Source of the DNA: an uncultured Rikenellaceae bacterium
GTDB taxonomy: Bacteria; Bacteroidota; Bacteroidia; Bacteroidales; VadinHA17
Reading direction: 5' to 3'
Length of the DNA: 64,000 nucleotides
Assembly: GCA_964466705.1 (NCBI GenBank)
Contig: CAYXSM010000014.1
Location: forward strand, 28,028 to 92,027
Of this stretch, positions 10,064 to 20,565 are shown piece after piece. The position numbers and the translations under genes were made by a program. The notes beneath the pieces were generated by a model. That model saw nothing but the letters and a program-made list of their open reading frames with translations, searched no databases and was not told the origin of the DNA. The number at the start of each line of letters is the position of its first letter. Within the stretch, counting starts at the first letter, position 1.

Positions 10064-10239
10064 AACAGAGTGATCTTTGAATTATTACTGGCCTGAGGGT
10101 CCAGTTTTAATGTTAAATATAGAAAATTAAGCAGAATGCCTTCAATTATGATGCACATACTGATAAAATGTTTCCCGAATAAGATCCGGAATGGATTTAT
10201 TTTCCTAAATTTTCAATTGTAAACTCAAAAACTCATTAT

Positions 10240-11442
10240 ATGAGCTCAAAAGGAAATTCAGATTCAATAGGCAGAAGGGAGTTTATAAGAAAAAGCTCCC
10301 TGGCGGTCATCTCAGTTCCGGTAATTGGCACCAAATTTTCCGGGAAGGCAAAGAATATTGATACAACCCGGTATAATACAATAGTGCCGGAATGGCGCAA
10401 CAGGCAGGAGGGAATGGTATACCGACAGCTGGGAAGAACAGGATTGATGGTTTCGGAGCTGGTTTATGGCACCGAATTAAACAATCCTGATAATATCCGG
10501 CCCATTGAAATTGCGTTTGAAAGAGGTATCAATTATTTCGATACAGCGCCTTCTTACAATAAAGGCCTGGCGGAAGCTACTCTTGCAAAAGTATTTAACA
10601 CTCCTTCAAAAAGAGACAAAGCTTTCATCGCAACGAAAGTTACCGCTTTTTTCCCGGCAAGAAACCGTCTTTACCGTGATATATTTGACAAGCTTTCCCC
10701 TTCAAGGCAGGATGAGATTAGAAAAAAAGCCGGAAAGCTTCGGCTGGAATGCGGCATAGAGAAACCTGAATATTTTATGGTTTACTGGCCCGGACAGCAG
10801 CAGCAGATGGATGGTGCTTTTCTGAGCGATGCCATGAAAGATGAATACGGAGACAGGGTCGAAAGAAGTCCGGAGCTAAAGAAGGCAATAGTCAGCAGCG
10901 TTGAAGAATCCCTCAAAAGAGTGGGGACGGACTATTTTGATGTTCTGCATTGTCCTCATGCTGCAGCAACTTCGGAAGAGATCAGGAATCCTATGATAAT
11001 TGAAACTTTCAGTGAACTGAAAAAACAGGGGAAGGTACGTTTTCTGGGTTTCTCCTCTCATCATGGGATGGCAGAACTGCTGAAAACAGCAATTGAACTT
11101 GATTATTTCGATGTGGCAATGATCGCATACAATGTTATAAACCATGCATTTCTCGATCATCTCCTCTTAAGTGCAAGAGAAAATGGCATTGGTCTCATAG
11201 CCATGAAGGCAGCCATGGCAGTTGCAACGCCATATGATCCGGTAAAAGTTCCCGTTCCCGAATGGAGGGCAAGCAAGCTCAACAGTATAATCCCTGACAA
11301 GATGAAGCTTCAGGTAAAAGCATTCCTGTGGGTGTTGCAGAATCAGGATATTTCAGCAGTAAATGCCGGAATGTATACTGAGGAAATGGTTCTTGAAAAT
11401 CTTACGGCAGTGGGAAGAAAAACAGATCTTAAACCGGCCTGA
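10240..11442 (+). CDS. Aldo/keto reductase with twin-arginine signal
   Basis: 400 aa. SIGRREFIRKSSLAVISVPVIG (Tat motif), GINYFDTAPSY, KVRFLGFSSH. Confidence 0.85.
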   Translation: MSSKGNSDSIGRREFIRKSSLAVISVPVIGTKFSGKAKNIDTTRYNTIVPEWRNRQEGMVYRQLGRTGLMVSELVYGTELNNPDNIRPIEIAFERGINYFDTAPSYNKGLAEATLAKVFNTPSKRDKAFIATKVTAFFPARNRLYRDIFDKLSPSRQDEIRKKAGKLRLECGIEKPEYFMVYWPGQQQQMDGAFLSDAMKDEYGDRVERSPELKKAIVSSVEESLKRVGTDYFDVLHCPHAAATSEEIRNPMIIETFSELKKQGKVRFLGFSSHHGMAELLKTAIELDYFDVAMIAYNVINHAFLDHLLLSARENGIGLIAMKAAMAVATPYDPVKVPVPEWRASKLNSIIPDKMKLQVKAFLWVLQNQDISAVNAGMYTEEMVLENLTAVGRKTDLKPA

Positions 11443-11458
11443 TATCAGAGTGCAAAAA

Positions 11459-11476
11459 TCGGTGATCCTGACCAGC
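11459..11476 (+). repeat. Intergenic repeat, family A left arm only (copy F)
   Basis: TCGGTGATCCTGACCAGC, 17 nt after the AKR stop and preceded by GTGCAAAAA as in other copies. The rest is replaced by the tandem hairpin units. Confidence 0.5.
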
Positions 11477-11483
11477 TCCAACA

Positions 11484-11630
11484 GGTCTTCTCCTTCCCCG
11501 CAGGGGATAAACCCTACCGCGTAGCGGTTACACTACTGTATGAGAAGGAGTACACGGGTCTTCCCTTCCCCGCAGGGGATGAACATACAACCCTGCCGCC
11601 TGGCGGTTAACTGTACTGCAAAAGCCGGCA
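11484..11630 (+). repeat. Two tandem ~72-bp units, each with two GC hairpins
   Basis: Unit 1 starts at 11484 and unit 2 at 11557. Shared sequence: GGTCTTC..CTTCCCCGCAGGGGAT(A/G)AAC and CCCT(A/G)CCGC.T.GCGGTTA..TACTG. Hairpins are CCCC-GCA-GGGG and CCGC-NTN-GCGG. Confidence 0.8.
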
Positions 11631-11761
11631 GGGCTTACCGTCTTTAGACGGTCATATATTCAATAAAAGATATCACGCCAAACATACAACCGCCCGAAAA
11701 GAGTCAATGTTTCAACTTATTTCTTAATTTGGTCCTTCAAACTTCAGAATGATCCGTACCA

Positions 11762-13153
11762 ATGATCCAACAGCGAAGTCTTGCAAGAACACTCGGACTG
11801 GGTTATGTAATAATCTTTGTCTTTGCAAATATCATTGGTTCAGGAGTGTACAAGAAGATTGCACCCATGGCTGCCGGGCTCCAATCATCCACATGGATAC
11901 TGATTGCATGGACAGCAGCCGGCGCAATCACACTTTTCGGTGCCCTGAGCAATGCCGAGCTGGCCGGTATGCTGGCTGACACCGGCGGGGAGTACGTCTA
12001 TCTTAAAAAAGTCTACAACCGATTCTTTTCCTTTCTCTATGGCTGGTCCCTGTTTACGGTAATACAGTCGGCCACCATATCATCGCTGGCATATGTCTTT
12101 GTTCAGTCGCTGAAAAGTATCCTGCCTTTGCCTGATTTATTTTCATCATTGCAGGATATTACTATCGGGGGTGTCTTCTTCCCTTTCCATGATTTCGGGA
12201 TCAAGCTTACTGCAATATTGATTATAATGGCGCTGACATTTCTCAACATGTCGGGACTGAAGAGCGGGGCCCGGGTTAACAAAGCCCTGTTCTTCATTGT
12301 CTGTGCAGGTCTGGCGGTGATTATTGCATTTGGACTGTTCAACGTATCCCGCGGCCATACAGAAATCTTTGACCTCAGGAGCCTGAAGGGAGGGTCTGTT
12401 AATGTCTCTTCATTCATGACAGCTATGCTGGCAGCTTTCTGGGCATACCAGGGATGGGTCTCGACAGGCTTCATAGGAGGAGAAATAAAAGATGCACGGC
12501 GTAATATTCCCAAAGGAATCATCATTGGTGTTTTTGCAATAACAATAATCTATCTGCTGGTCAACTATTCCTACCTGGCAGTCATGTCGATCCCTGACCT
12601 GGTGAGTGTGCATGAAGCAGGCAATCAGGTTGCCGCCATTGAGATGGTAAGAAGCCTCCGTATAGAAGGAGGCGTACTTTTCATATCATCGCTTATACTG
12701 GTATCGACCCTGGGTTGCCTTAATGCAAGTATTCTGACAGGCTCCAGACCCTATTATGCAATGTCGCGGGAGGGGCTTTTCTTTTCAGGCATCGGGAAGC
12801 TCAATAATCACAATGTGCCTGGCAACTCCCTGCTGTGGCAGGGAATATGGGCATCTGTACTTGTGTTGTCAGGCAACTTTGACCAATTGACCGACATGCT
12901 CATCTTTGCCGTTTACATATTCTACGGAGCCGCGGCCACGGGAGTTTTCATACTGCGCCGCAGGATGCCGGATGCGCACCGGCCGTACAAAACCTGGGGC
13001 TACCCGGTCGTAACGGCAATATTTGTGCTTTTCTGTGCCGGATTGTTCATAAATACCATCATAACGAGGCCCCGGGAAGCCCTGATAGGTCTTTCCCTTA
13101 TCATGGCAGGCATACCGGTCTATTTTCTGTTCCGCAAGAGGCACAAGCTGTAA
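11762..13153 (+). CDS. APC-family amino acid permease
   Basis: 463 aa with about 12 TM segments. N-terminal LGLGYVIIFVFANIIGSGVYKK is typical of the APC superfamily. Confidence 0.85.
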   Translation: MIQQRSLARTLGLGYVIIFVFANIIGSGVYKKIAPMAAGLQSSTWILIAWTAAGAITLFGALSNAELAGMLADTGGEYVYLKKVYNRFFSFLYGWSLFTVIQSATISSLAYVFVQSLKSILPLPDLFSSLQDITIGGVFFPFHDFGIKLTAILIIMALTFLNMSGLKSGARVNKALFFIVCAGLAVIIAFGLFNVSRGHTEIFDLRSLKGGSVNVSSFMTAMLAAFWAYQGWVSTGFIGGEIKDARRNIPKGIIIGVFAITIIYLLVNYSYLAVMSIPDLVSVHEAGNQVAAIEMVRSLRIEGGVLFISSLILVSTLGCLNASILTGSRPYYAMSREGLFFSGIGKLNNHNVPGNSLLWQGIWASVLVLSGNFDQLTDMLIFAVYIFYGAAATGVFILRRRMPDAHRPYKTWGYPVVTAIFVLFCAGLFINTIITRPREALIGLSLIMAGIPVYFLFRKRHKL

Positions 13154-13156
13154 AAT

Positions 13157-13281
13157 GCCGGTGATCCCGACCAACTTTCGCAAGAATAAGCTGATCTTCT
13201 AAAAACGAAGATAAATACATGATCTACAGGTAAATAATAAAGGGTTAATCTTCCCGGCGAAATGTGGTCAAGGGAGCCGGC
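13157..13281 (+). repeat. Intergenic palindromic repeat, family A copy G
   Basis: Left arm GCCGGTGATCCCGACCAAC and right arm GAAATGTGGTCAAGGGAGCCGGC. Starts 4 nt after the permease stop. Its right arm supplies the ATG of track ORF 13262. Confidence 0.75.
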
Positions 13282-13753
13282 ATATTCAGGTATTGGTTCT
13301 GTTCCGGAATATCATTATCATGTTGCAGGCAATGCGAACCTTCCACCTGAGGAAGAATCCCACAGGGCAGAAGCAGCCATGGATGTGGTGTTAGTGCGGA
13401 GTTATATCATGAACGGCACAATAAATGTTCGCTTTACATTTTCAAATGAAAAAAGCATGGTGGGCGGTCATTCTGAGAGCGTGAACAAGGATTTTACATT
13501 TTTTAGTATGACAGCAGGGATCCTGCCCGATGATCCTGATATGAAATGTCCGGACAATTACAGGTTATTGGAGAGCCTGGAGTAATCCTTCGTGACAAAA
13601 TAGAATATTGCTGTTTATTTACAGGATTTTTCATGGGGACCGCCCGGAGATTTGATGCATAAATTTCTTAATTTGGGCAGGAAATTTTTTCCGGTATCCT
13701 GAATTAAATTGTCTTTGGTCTTTTTCATTTATAATCCGGCCTGATTTAAATTA

Positions 13754-16429
13754 ATGAGCCCAGCCATATCAATATCTGTTCCCCTGTTATGTTTACTTAT
13801 TTCGACAGGCCTTAATGATCCTTGTTATTCCTATTCAAAGTTTTCAGATAGGAGTTATATGAAGGACACTGTTCCGGTAAGCAACCAGGGAAGAAAGCAG
13901 CCGGCATATGTAACATCCAGGTTATCGGCACCGCGCCCGGTGATCGACGGTAAGCTTGATGACGAATGCTGGAAGCAGGGCACCTGGGCTGGTAACTATA
14001 CTCAGTTCATTCCTCATGAGGGTGCAAAACCTTCATATCCGACGGAACTTAACATCCAGTACGACGACAAGTATATTTACGTTGCCTTCAGGGCATATGA
14101 CGGAGAACCTGAAAAAATACTCAGGTTTTCGGGTCAGCGTGATGAGTTTGCCGGAGATATGGTAGGCATAAACTTTGACAGTTACCGGGATTACAGAACC
14201 GGATTTGAGTTCAATCTCTCAGCCTGGGGTCAGAAAGTTGACCTGATACTTTCAAACCCCGAGAACATTGATCTGAACTGGAATGCAGTCTGGAAAGGAA
14301 AAACAGGGCTGGAGGATTCTGCCTGGGTTGCTGAGATGGAGATACCGTTAAGCCAGCTTCGTTTCAGCCGAAAAGATGAACAGGTATGGGGAATGCATAC
14401 CTGGAGATGGATTGCAAGGAAGCAGGAGGAAAGTAACTGGAACAAACAAACCCGGACCGGCCGGGGTGTTCTTTATAATTACGGGGAATTGCGGGGAATA
14501 ACAGGTTTGAAAAGTTCGCGCCGGGTGGAGATAATGCCATTTCTTCTTGGTGAACTGAAAACCATGGAAAAGGAACCCGGCAATCCTTTTAATGAAAAAG
14601 GCAGGATGTGGGGAGGGAATATGGGGCTTGATGCCAAGATCGGCGTGTCAAGCAACTTTACTGTAGATGTTACTGTAAATCCTGACTTTGGCCAGGTCGA
14701 ATCAGATCCCTCGATCATGAACCTTACTGCATTTGAAACCTTTTACGAAGAGAAACGTCCCTTTTTCCTGGAGGGATTGACGATATTCGACAACAGTACT
14801 GACGATCAAAGCCTGTTCTATTCACGGCGGATAGGTCATTCTCCTTCAATGGTGCTGCCTGGCGGGGAGAAAACTTACATGAAAATACCCGATAAAACAA
14901 CAATCCTCAGTGCCGTTAAATTCAGCGGTACAACTTCCGACGGGTTATCGGTGGGGCTGATACAGAGCGTAACCTCGAACGAGTATGCAAAAATTGCAGG
15001 TATTGACGGCAATATCTCGAAACGTGAGATTGAACCGCTGACCAATTACCTGGTGGCACGTATCAGGAAAGGGTACAATGCCGGGACCACAACAGTAGGC
15101 GGGATATTTACATCAACTAACCGCTTCATCAATGACGAAGACCTTCAGTTTCTTCCGGCAAATGCCTATACTGGAGGCATCGATCTGCTTCACTGGTGGC
15201 ACGATAAGGAATTCTTCATTGATGCCGGTCTCACAGGAAGCCATATCAGCGGCGCTGCTGAGGCAATAACCGGCCTGCAGAGATCATCGGCGCATTATTT
15301 TCATCGCCCGGGAGCAGATTACCTGAACTATGATACCACTGCAATAAGACTGAGCGGTTTTGGCGGTAAATTCATGATAGGCAAAGGGGCAAAAGGATTG
15401 TGGCGATATTCAGCAGGAGCAAGATGGGCTTCTCCGGGCCTTGAACTGAATGACGCAGGTTATATGAAGACGGCCGACGAAATAAATCAGGAAAATGAAA
15501 TATCATATTTCGTCAACCGGCCTGTGTGGATATTCCGGTCGTATAAGATTGTTCTGGAACAATTTAACTCATGGAATTTTAACGGTACTTTCCTTGGATC
15601 GGGAGGTCATCTTTCAGCTCAGGCCGGATTTATAAACCAATGGTCTGTTAATGCAAATCTTATCTTTCACAGCAGCGCTACCGACCCTAAGTTATTAAGG
15701 GGAGGGCATGACATGATTGTGCCGTCAGGAATTATTTTCTTTGGGGGCTTTGGCACGGATCCATCAAAAAATATTATTGCTCAACTGAATTACAGGCATG
15801 AAAAAGCGGGTAATAACTCAGGATCAGGTTTTGAAGTTGAACCCAGAATAACTGTAAGGCCGCTTAAGAATTTACGGCTCAGGCTCAGCGGCAATTTCGA
15901 ACAAAATTATGACAGGCTTCAATATGTTGCTGCAAAAGAATATCTTGATCGAAAGAGCTATATCCTTGGGAGAATTGATCAGAAAACGCTGGGACTTACA
16001 TTCAGGGCTGATCTTAATCTGACTCCTGAATTTTCTATCCAGTATTATGGCAGTCCTTTTGTATCCAGAGGCATATACACAGAATTGAAACATGTTAACA
16101 ATCCTATGGCAGAAAAGTATGAAGACAGGTTTGCTGTGTTCGAAGATCCTGTACTTAACGGCAATATTTATGCTCTTGATGAAAACAATGATATGACTGC
16201 AGATTACCTGGTTGATAATCCCGATTTCAATTTCTGCCAGTTCCGTTCAAATCTTGTAGCTAAATGGGAATACCGCCTTGGCTCTTTTATCTACCTGGTA
16301 TGGTCAGGTGAGCGCACTGGCTTTCTTGAAGTACCGGATGTCTCTGTAAAAGAGTCATTTAAACAGCTGTTTAAAATTTTCCCGGGCAATATCTTTCTTG
16401 TTAAGTTAAACTACTGGTTCAATCCATAG
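13754..16429 (+). CDS. DUF5916 / CBM9-like domain outer-membrane-type protein
   Basis: 891 aa. RPVIDGKLDDECWKQG..YIYVAFRAYD (CBM9-like N-domain), a long beta-rich C-terminal region, and C-terminal YLVWSGERTG. Confidence 0.75.
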   Translation: MSPAISISVPLLCLLISTGLNDPCYSYSKFSDRSYMKDTVPVSNQGRKQPAYVTSRLSAPRPVIDGKLDDECWKQGTWAGNYTQFIPHEGAKPSYPTELNIQYDDKYIYVAFRAYDGEPEKILRFSGQRDEFAGDMVGINFDSYRDYRTGFEFNLSAWGQKVDLILSNPENIDLNWNAVWKGKTGLEDSAWVAEMEIPLSQLRFSRKDEQVWGMHTWRWIARKQEESNWNKQTRTGRGVLYNYGELRGITGLKSSRRVEIMPFLLGELKTMEKEPGNPFNEKGRMWGGNMGLDAKIGVSSNFTVDVTVNPDFGQVESDPSIMNLTAFETFYEEKRPFFLEGLTIFDNSTDDQSLFYSRRIGHSPSMVLPGGEKTYMKIPDKTTILSAVKFSGTTSDGLSVGLIQSVTSNEYAKIAGIDGNISKREIEPLTNYLVARIRKGYNAGTTTVGGIFTSTNRFINDEDLQFLPANAYTGGIDLLHWWHDKEFFIDAGLTGSHISGAAEAITGLQRSSAHYFHRPGADYLNYDTTAIRLSGFGGKFMIGKGAKGLWRYSAGARWASPGLELNDAGYMKTADEINQENEISYFVNRPVWIFRSYKIVLEQFNSWNFNGTFLGSGGHLSAQAGFINQWSVNANLIFHSSATDPKLLRGGHDMIVPSGIIFFGGFGTDPSKNIIAQLNYRHEKAGNNSGSGFEVEPRITVRPLKNLRLRLSGNFEQNYDRLQYVAAKEYLDRKSYILGRIDQKTLGLTFRADLNLTPEFSIQYYGSPFVSRGIYTELKHVNNPMAEKYEDRFAVFEDPVLNGNIYALDENNDMTADYLVDNPDFNFCQFRSNLVAKWEYRLGSFIYLVWSGERTGFLEVPDVSVKESFKQLFKIFPGNIFLVKLNYWFNP

Positions 16430-16502
16430 AGGAAAATCCGGCACGGGAGAGCAACAGAAACCTGAGTCTCCACCTGTTTAGAAACATAACAGGCTGTCTA
16501 AA

Positions 16503-17552
16503 TCATTCCAGGTTCAGTGTTTTAAATTTTTGCTGGTACTCTTCGGTGAAGGATCTTGCTGACCAGAATGATGTTCCACCGGCTCCTTCTTTTTTTGTGA
16601 TAAGCATATGCTCAGCCATGGTTTCAGGATCTACATTGCGGTGATATCTGTTACCTAACCAGATTCCGACTATAACCTTTGCTTTTCCCTGACTTATTTC
16701 CATGGCCTGAACTACGTACTTTGTAAACACCGGTGTGTTTTTGACATAAATCATAGGACAAACAATATCAAGAAGGCCTTCTTTTACCCATAATTCCCAT
16801 TCCTGCCCGATCTCATATTTGGCTGCTCTTGCGTCAGGGAACACGGCTGCAGATAAGGGAATATCCCGTCCTGATCTTTTGATCATCTCTCTAAGATCTC
16901 TGACAAGCTGAGTAACCTTGCCGGCGTTCCAGTCAAGCCATTCACACCAGAGAGGATCTCCGGTATCTTTATCCAGATCCAGCGGGCTGGTCCCGTATTC
17001 ATTTTTAAATATTTCACATGTCAGGCTATCATAGCTGAAATTCTGGTGAAGATCAAAACGGATATAATCGAGATGCAATCCGTCAATATCGTGATCTAAA
17101 AAAGGAGCTGATAATCTGACAACGAAATCACGAACTTCGGCATTTGCCAGATTAAGATTGGTGGTTTTTTCCCCGTCCATTCTGACAACCATCCATTCAG
17201 GGTGGTTTTTTACCACATCACTGTTCGGATCATTTTTGTATCCGACAATGATATACGGATGCAGCTCTATATTATACCTGTGGCAATCAACAATCAGGCT
17301 GTCGAGGAAGTTCCAGTCAGAATAAGGGAGAAATCCGACACCATAAAAAAGAGTTGATATACCCAGGTTTTTGTATTGGTTAAGAACACTGTCCGCCCTG
17401 TAATTGCCATCGATAACAAATGTGGTTTTATGGCACCATAATGCTTTTTCAAACTTCAGATCATCGGCTGTCTGAGTACTGCATCCAAACTCAACAAACA
17501 GGAAGATTCCAAGGAATAATCTTAGTAAGTAATTAAGTGATTTTTTTTTCAT
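16503..17552 (-). CDS. Glycoside-hydrolase-like family 10 (GHL10/DUF187) lipoprotein
   Basis: Start moved to M32 (MKKKSLNYLLRLFLGIFLFVEFGCS lipobox). GLHLDYIRFD motif. Confidence 0.75.
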   Translation of the reverse strand: MKKKSLNYLLRLFLGIFLFVEFGCSTQTADDLKFEKALWCHKTTFVIDGNYRADSVLNQYKNLGISTLFYGVGFLPYSDWNFLDSLIVDCHRYNIELHPYIIVGYKNDPNSDVVKNHPEWMVVRMDGEKTTNLNLANAEVRDFVVRLSAPFLDHDIDGLHLDYIRFDLHQNFSYDSLTCEIFKNEYGTSPLDLDKDTGDPLWCEWLDWNAGKVTQLVRDLREMIKRSGRDIPLSAAVFPDARAAKYEIGQEWELWVKEGLLDIVCPMIYVKNTPVFTKYVVQAMEISQGKAKVIVGIWLGNRYHRNVDPETMAEHMLITKKEGAGGTSFWSARSFTEEYQQKFKTLNLE

Positions 17553-17840
17553 AGCTGTTAGAATTATTTTTTCCGGTACGGACATACATCTGCCAGAACG
17601 GAGAAATTTATAATTGATCAATATGTTGAAGAACGATATCCTCACTTTTTTCTCATTGAAAGCGGGCTTGCACCATTAAATAAAGTTACGCCGGAAATAT
17701 GTGAAATTCAAAATTTTTTCTCCGTAATAATGTGCTTATAATGACCGGAATTTCCCAACATTATGCCTATGTGGATTAAATTCCATAAATTTATTGGGGA
17801 AATCAAATTTTTTGAAAGAACGAAAAACAGAATAAGAGCC

Positions 17841-18692
17841 ATGAGAGCTATCAGCAACAGATTTATCATCGCTGTTTTTTCACTTGGAATGTTCATTTCA
17901 GGATTAACAGCTGTTAATGCACAAACACCGGGCACAACTCCTGACGATTGTCTGATCACTCTGTGGAATCACCAGAGGAATATAGATCCGACCCATGTTG
18001 TTCAGGAGCTTGGATTTAACCTTATATGGTCACACGACAGAGCTTATGAAGGTCAGGCCTGGGAAGAAACCCACATGTACAAAATGCTTCAGGTACCTGG
18101 TGTTAAATACGTTTTTGCCAAGATTGAAAGGGCAGCCTGGGGATGGACTCATGAACAATCTTTGAAACATGCACGCTGGGTGGCACAGCTATCTCTCGAT
18201 CACCCGGGCATTCTGGGGATGTACCTGAATGACTTCTATGATGAAATCGAGGACGGGCACCGTACTGAAGAACAATGGAGAGAGATCATCGCAGCAGCAA
18301 AAGGGATTAATCCGAAACTTCAACTTTGGGTTCCCGATTACCCGCACCGCAACCAGGGCCGGCACGCTTTTGATTTTGATATCGATGGTGTGATAATGAG
18401 CCTGTGGGGGAACACTCCCGAACTTATGGCACGAGCCAGGGAGCACCTTACAGCCGGACTGGAGAAACACCCTGACAAACCCCTTATAGCAGGACTTTAC
18501 CTTAGATCTGGTCCGGACGGAGGACGCTGGCTCTCAGAAGATGAATTTAAATCTGTTCTCGGATTCTATGTCGAAATGGTAAATGCCGGGAAATTTGCAG
18601 GATTAAGGATCTTTTCTGCAGGACAATTGGAAGAGCGGCCGGAGTATATCGGCTGGGCAAAAGAAATACTTTCAGGATTAAAATGCCGGTAA
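17841..18692 (+). CDS. Secreted hypothetical protein (possibly TIM-barrel glycosidase-like)
   Basis: Start moved to M27 (MRAISNRFIIAVFSLGMFISGLTAVNAQ signal). No motif that I recognise. Confidence 0.6.
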   Translation: MRAISNRFIIAVFSLGMFISGLTAVNAQTPGTTPDDCLITLWNHQRNIDPTHVVQELGFNLIWSHDRAYEGQAWEETHMYKMLQVPGVKYVFAKIERAAWGWTHEQSLKHARWVAQLSLDHPGILGMYLNDFYDEIEDGHRTEEQWREIIAAAKGINPKLQLWVPDYPHRNQGRHAFDFDIDGVIMSLWGNTPELMARAREHLTAGLEKHPDKPLIAGLYLRSGPDGGRWLSEDEFKSVLGFYVEMVNAGKFAGLRIFSAGQLEERPEYIGWAKEILSGLKCR

Positions 18693-18798
18693 TTACGACA
18701 ATTATTTAATCCACACATGAATCAGAGTTACAAAAATGAGCCCCGTTTTATGTATTTCAATGCATAATATAGTTTGCGCGATGTTGGTAATTGCAGAA

Positions 18799-18920
18799 GG
18801 CGGTGACCCGGACAATCTCCCGCCGTCATAACTGCTAACTTTAAGCCATAGTTAATCTTATGAGCTAGAGATTTAAAAAAGACGTAAATCTTTCCGGCAG
18901 AATGCGGACAGGGCGACCCG
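18799..18920 (+). repeat. Intergenic palindromic repeat, family A copy E
   Basis: GGCGGTGACCCGGACAATC..TTATGAGCTAGAGATTTAAAAAAG..CCGGCAGAATGCGGACAGGGCGACCCG aligns along its whole length with copy 62771-62899. Confidence 0.7.
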
Positions 18921-18991
18921 AAGATGCAGATTGCGACCAGTGCTGAGGATTTTGTTGTGAACTTAATATATTGATAAAAAAATTCCTGCTA

Positions 18992-20206
18992 ATGAAAAAC
19001 ACATTCATCAAATCCATAATTCTGACAGTGCCGGCTATCATTTTCGGATGCATATCAGGCAGCCAGTCACCCCGTCAGGAGGAGAAACCGGCAAAAACCG
19101 ATTACTATGTTGCTGCGTATATATGGCCTTCATGCCACGACGATCCCCTGGCACGGGAAAAACTGTGGCCGGAAGGCACCGGCGAATGGGAAGTGATTAA
19201 AAAGGGCAATCCCCGTTTCGACGGACACTACCAGCCCCGTCAGCCACTTTGGGGTTACGAACTGGACAATGATCCTAAAGTGGTTGAAAAATGGATTGAT
19301 GCAGCCACTGACCACGGTGTTAATGTATTCGTTTACGACTGGTACTGGTATGACGAGGGCCCCTTTCTGGAAAGCGCCCTTAACGATGGTTTCCTGAAAG
19401 CTGGTAACAACGAAAAAATGCAGTTCTATATCATGTGGGCCAACCACGATGTAAAATATAATTACTGGAATGTTCACCGCTATAAGGACAATACCGGCAT
19501 CCTGTGGGACGCCAGGGTGGACTGGGAAAATTACAGGATCATCGTAGACAGGGTCATCAACCAGTATTTCAGACGGCCTAATTATTTCAAGATCGACGGC
19601 GAGCCGGTATTTTCCATCTTTAGTGTTAACAAACTTCTTGAGAGCTTTGACAACAGTGCGGAGGAAGCTCGTAAAGCACTTGATTATTTCCGTGATGAAG
19701 TGAAAAAAGCAGGGTTTCCCGGGTTGCATATCCAGTGGAACCAGGGAGGCGGTTCCGTGATGTCGGAGGAGGCAGCAAGGCAGTTTGCCAACAGTGTGAA
19801 AGCAATGGGTTTCAACAGTGTCGCCATGTACAATATGGGCGGACTTGATGAAGATTATATTGTTTACGGCACCACTTCCATCAGGATACGTGAACAAATG
19901 GACGCTATACTGGATGTGCCGGTCTTTCCCTGCGTATCGATCGGATGGGACGATACGCCGCGATTCCCGGCGAAAGGCATTCACGATGTAGTACACTATC
20001 ACAACACTCCGCAAAGTTTTGCAGCCCTGCTGTCCAGGGCGAAAAGATATGCCGACAGCCACCCCGAACAGCCCCGGCTGATCACTATCAACGCATGGAA
20101 TGAATGGGTGGAAGGCAGTTGCCTGCTGCCCGACATGCTCAACGGTTTCGGCTATCTGGAAGCAGTGAAGGAAGTTATTATCAACGGGAAATACGACAGG
20201 TATTGA
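18992..20206 (+). CDS. GH99-like / WbsX-family domain protein (lipoprotein)
   Basis: ATG at 18992 gives MKNTFIKSIILTVPAIIFGCISG. GEWEVIKKGNPRFDGHYQPRQPLWGYELDNDP..HGVNVFVYDWYWY is the family signature. Confidence 0.8.
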   Translation: MKNTFIKSIILTVPAIIFGCISGSQSPRQEEKPAKTDYYVAAYIWPSCHDDPLAREKLWPEGTGEWEVIKKGNPRFDGHYQPRQPLWGYELDNDPKVVEKWIDAATDHGVNVFVYDWYWYDEGPFLESALNDGFLKAGNNEKMQFYIMWANHDVKYNYWNVHRYKDNTGILWDARVDWENYRIIVDRVINQYFRRPNYFKIDGEPVFSIFSVNKLLESFDNSAEEARKALDYFRDEVKKAGFPGLHIQWNQGGGSVMSEEAARQFANSVKAMGFNSVAMYNMGGLDEDYIVYGTTSIRIREQMDAILDVPVFPCVSIGWDDTPRFPAKGIHDVVHYHNTPQSFAALLSRAKRYADSHPEQPRLITINAWNEWVEGSCLLPDMLNGFGYLEAVKEVIINGKYDRY

Positions 20207-20220
20207 ACCTGTCGAAAATA

Positions 20221-20375
20221 ATGCCTGACCAACTTAACGGATAAGATAAACATGCGGGTTACCTGTCTGCCGGATGGCAGGCATGTGACCATTTAAAAAT
20301 TATTTACATAATAACAGTTATTTACAACTGGTTGAAGATGGTAAATAAAGTCCGGAGTGACGTGGTCAATATCAC
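20221..20375 (+). repeat. Intergenic repeat, family B copy H
   Basis: ATTATTTACATAATAACAGTTATTTACAACTGGTTGAAGATGGTAAA..AGTCCGGAGTGACGTGGTCAA. Starts 15 nt after the GH99-like stop. Confidence 0.7.
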
Positions 20376-20565
20376 AGGTTTTTGTAAGTACAGAAAGGAG
20401 CAGTGCAGATCAAACCAAAAATTTTCGGGTCAGTCGGTTTTCCTGACAGGAGAAAACCTATCTTTAAAAATGAATTCATAGATCCAATTTTTGCTGACTT
20501 TAGCTTCGGTTTGATTTCTTGCGATTCTTAAGATATTGCAATTAAAGGTGTGTTTTTTCCAAATT

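Noticed and set aside
11484-11630. Possible mini CRISPR array (repeat CTTCCCCGCAGGGGATAAAC resembling type I-E repeats)
   Set aside because: There are only two units. The would-be spacers are homologous to each other and themselves form hairpins. The period of about 72 nt does not fit 29+32, and no cas gene is in the window. I kept it as a structured tandem repeat instead.
13262-13585. 107-aa ORF; also 37219-37473, 42355-42537, 24328-24519 and 63003-63188
   Set aside because: Their start codons and first codons lie inside copies of the intergenic repeats (for example, ATGTGGTCA is the family A right arm). There are no motifs, so they are most likely artefacts. A shorter real gene from M40 of the 13262 ORF cannot be excluded.
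19130-20062. 310-aa minus-strand ORF
   Set aside because: It lies entirely antisense to the well-supported GH99-like gene. The sequence has no motifs and the composition of a shadow frame.
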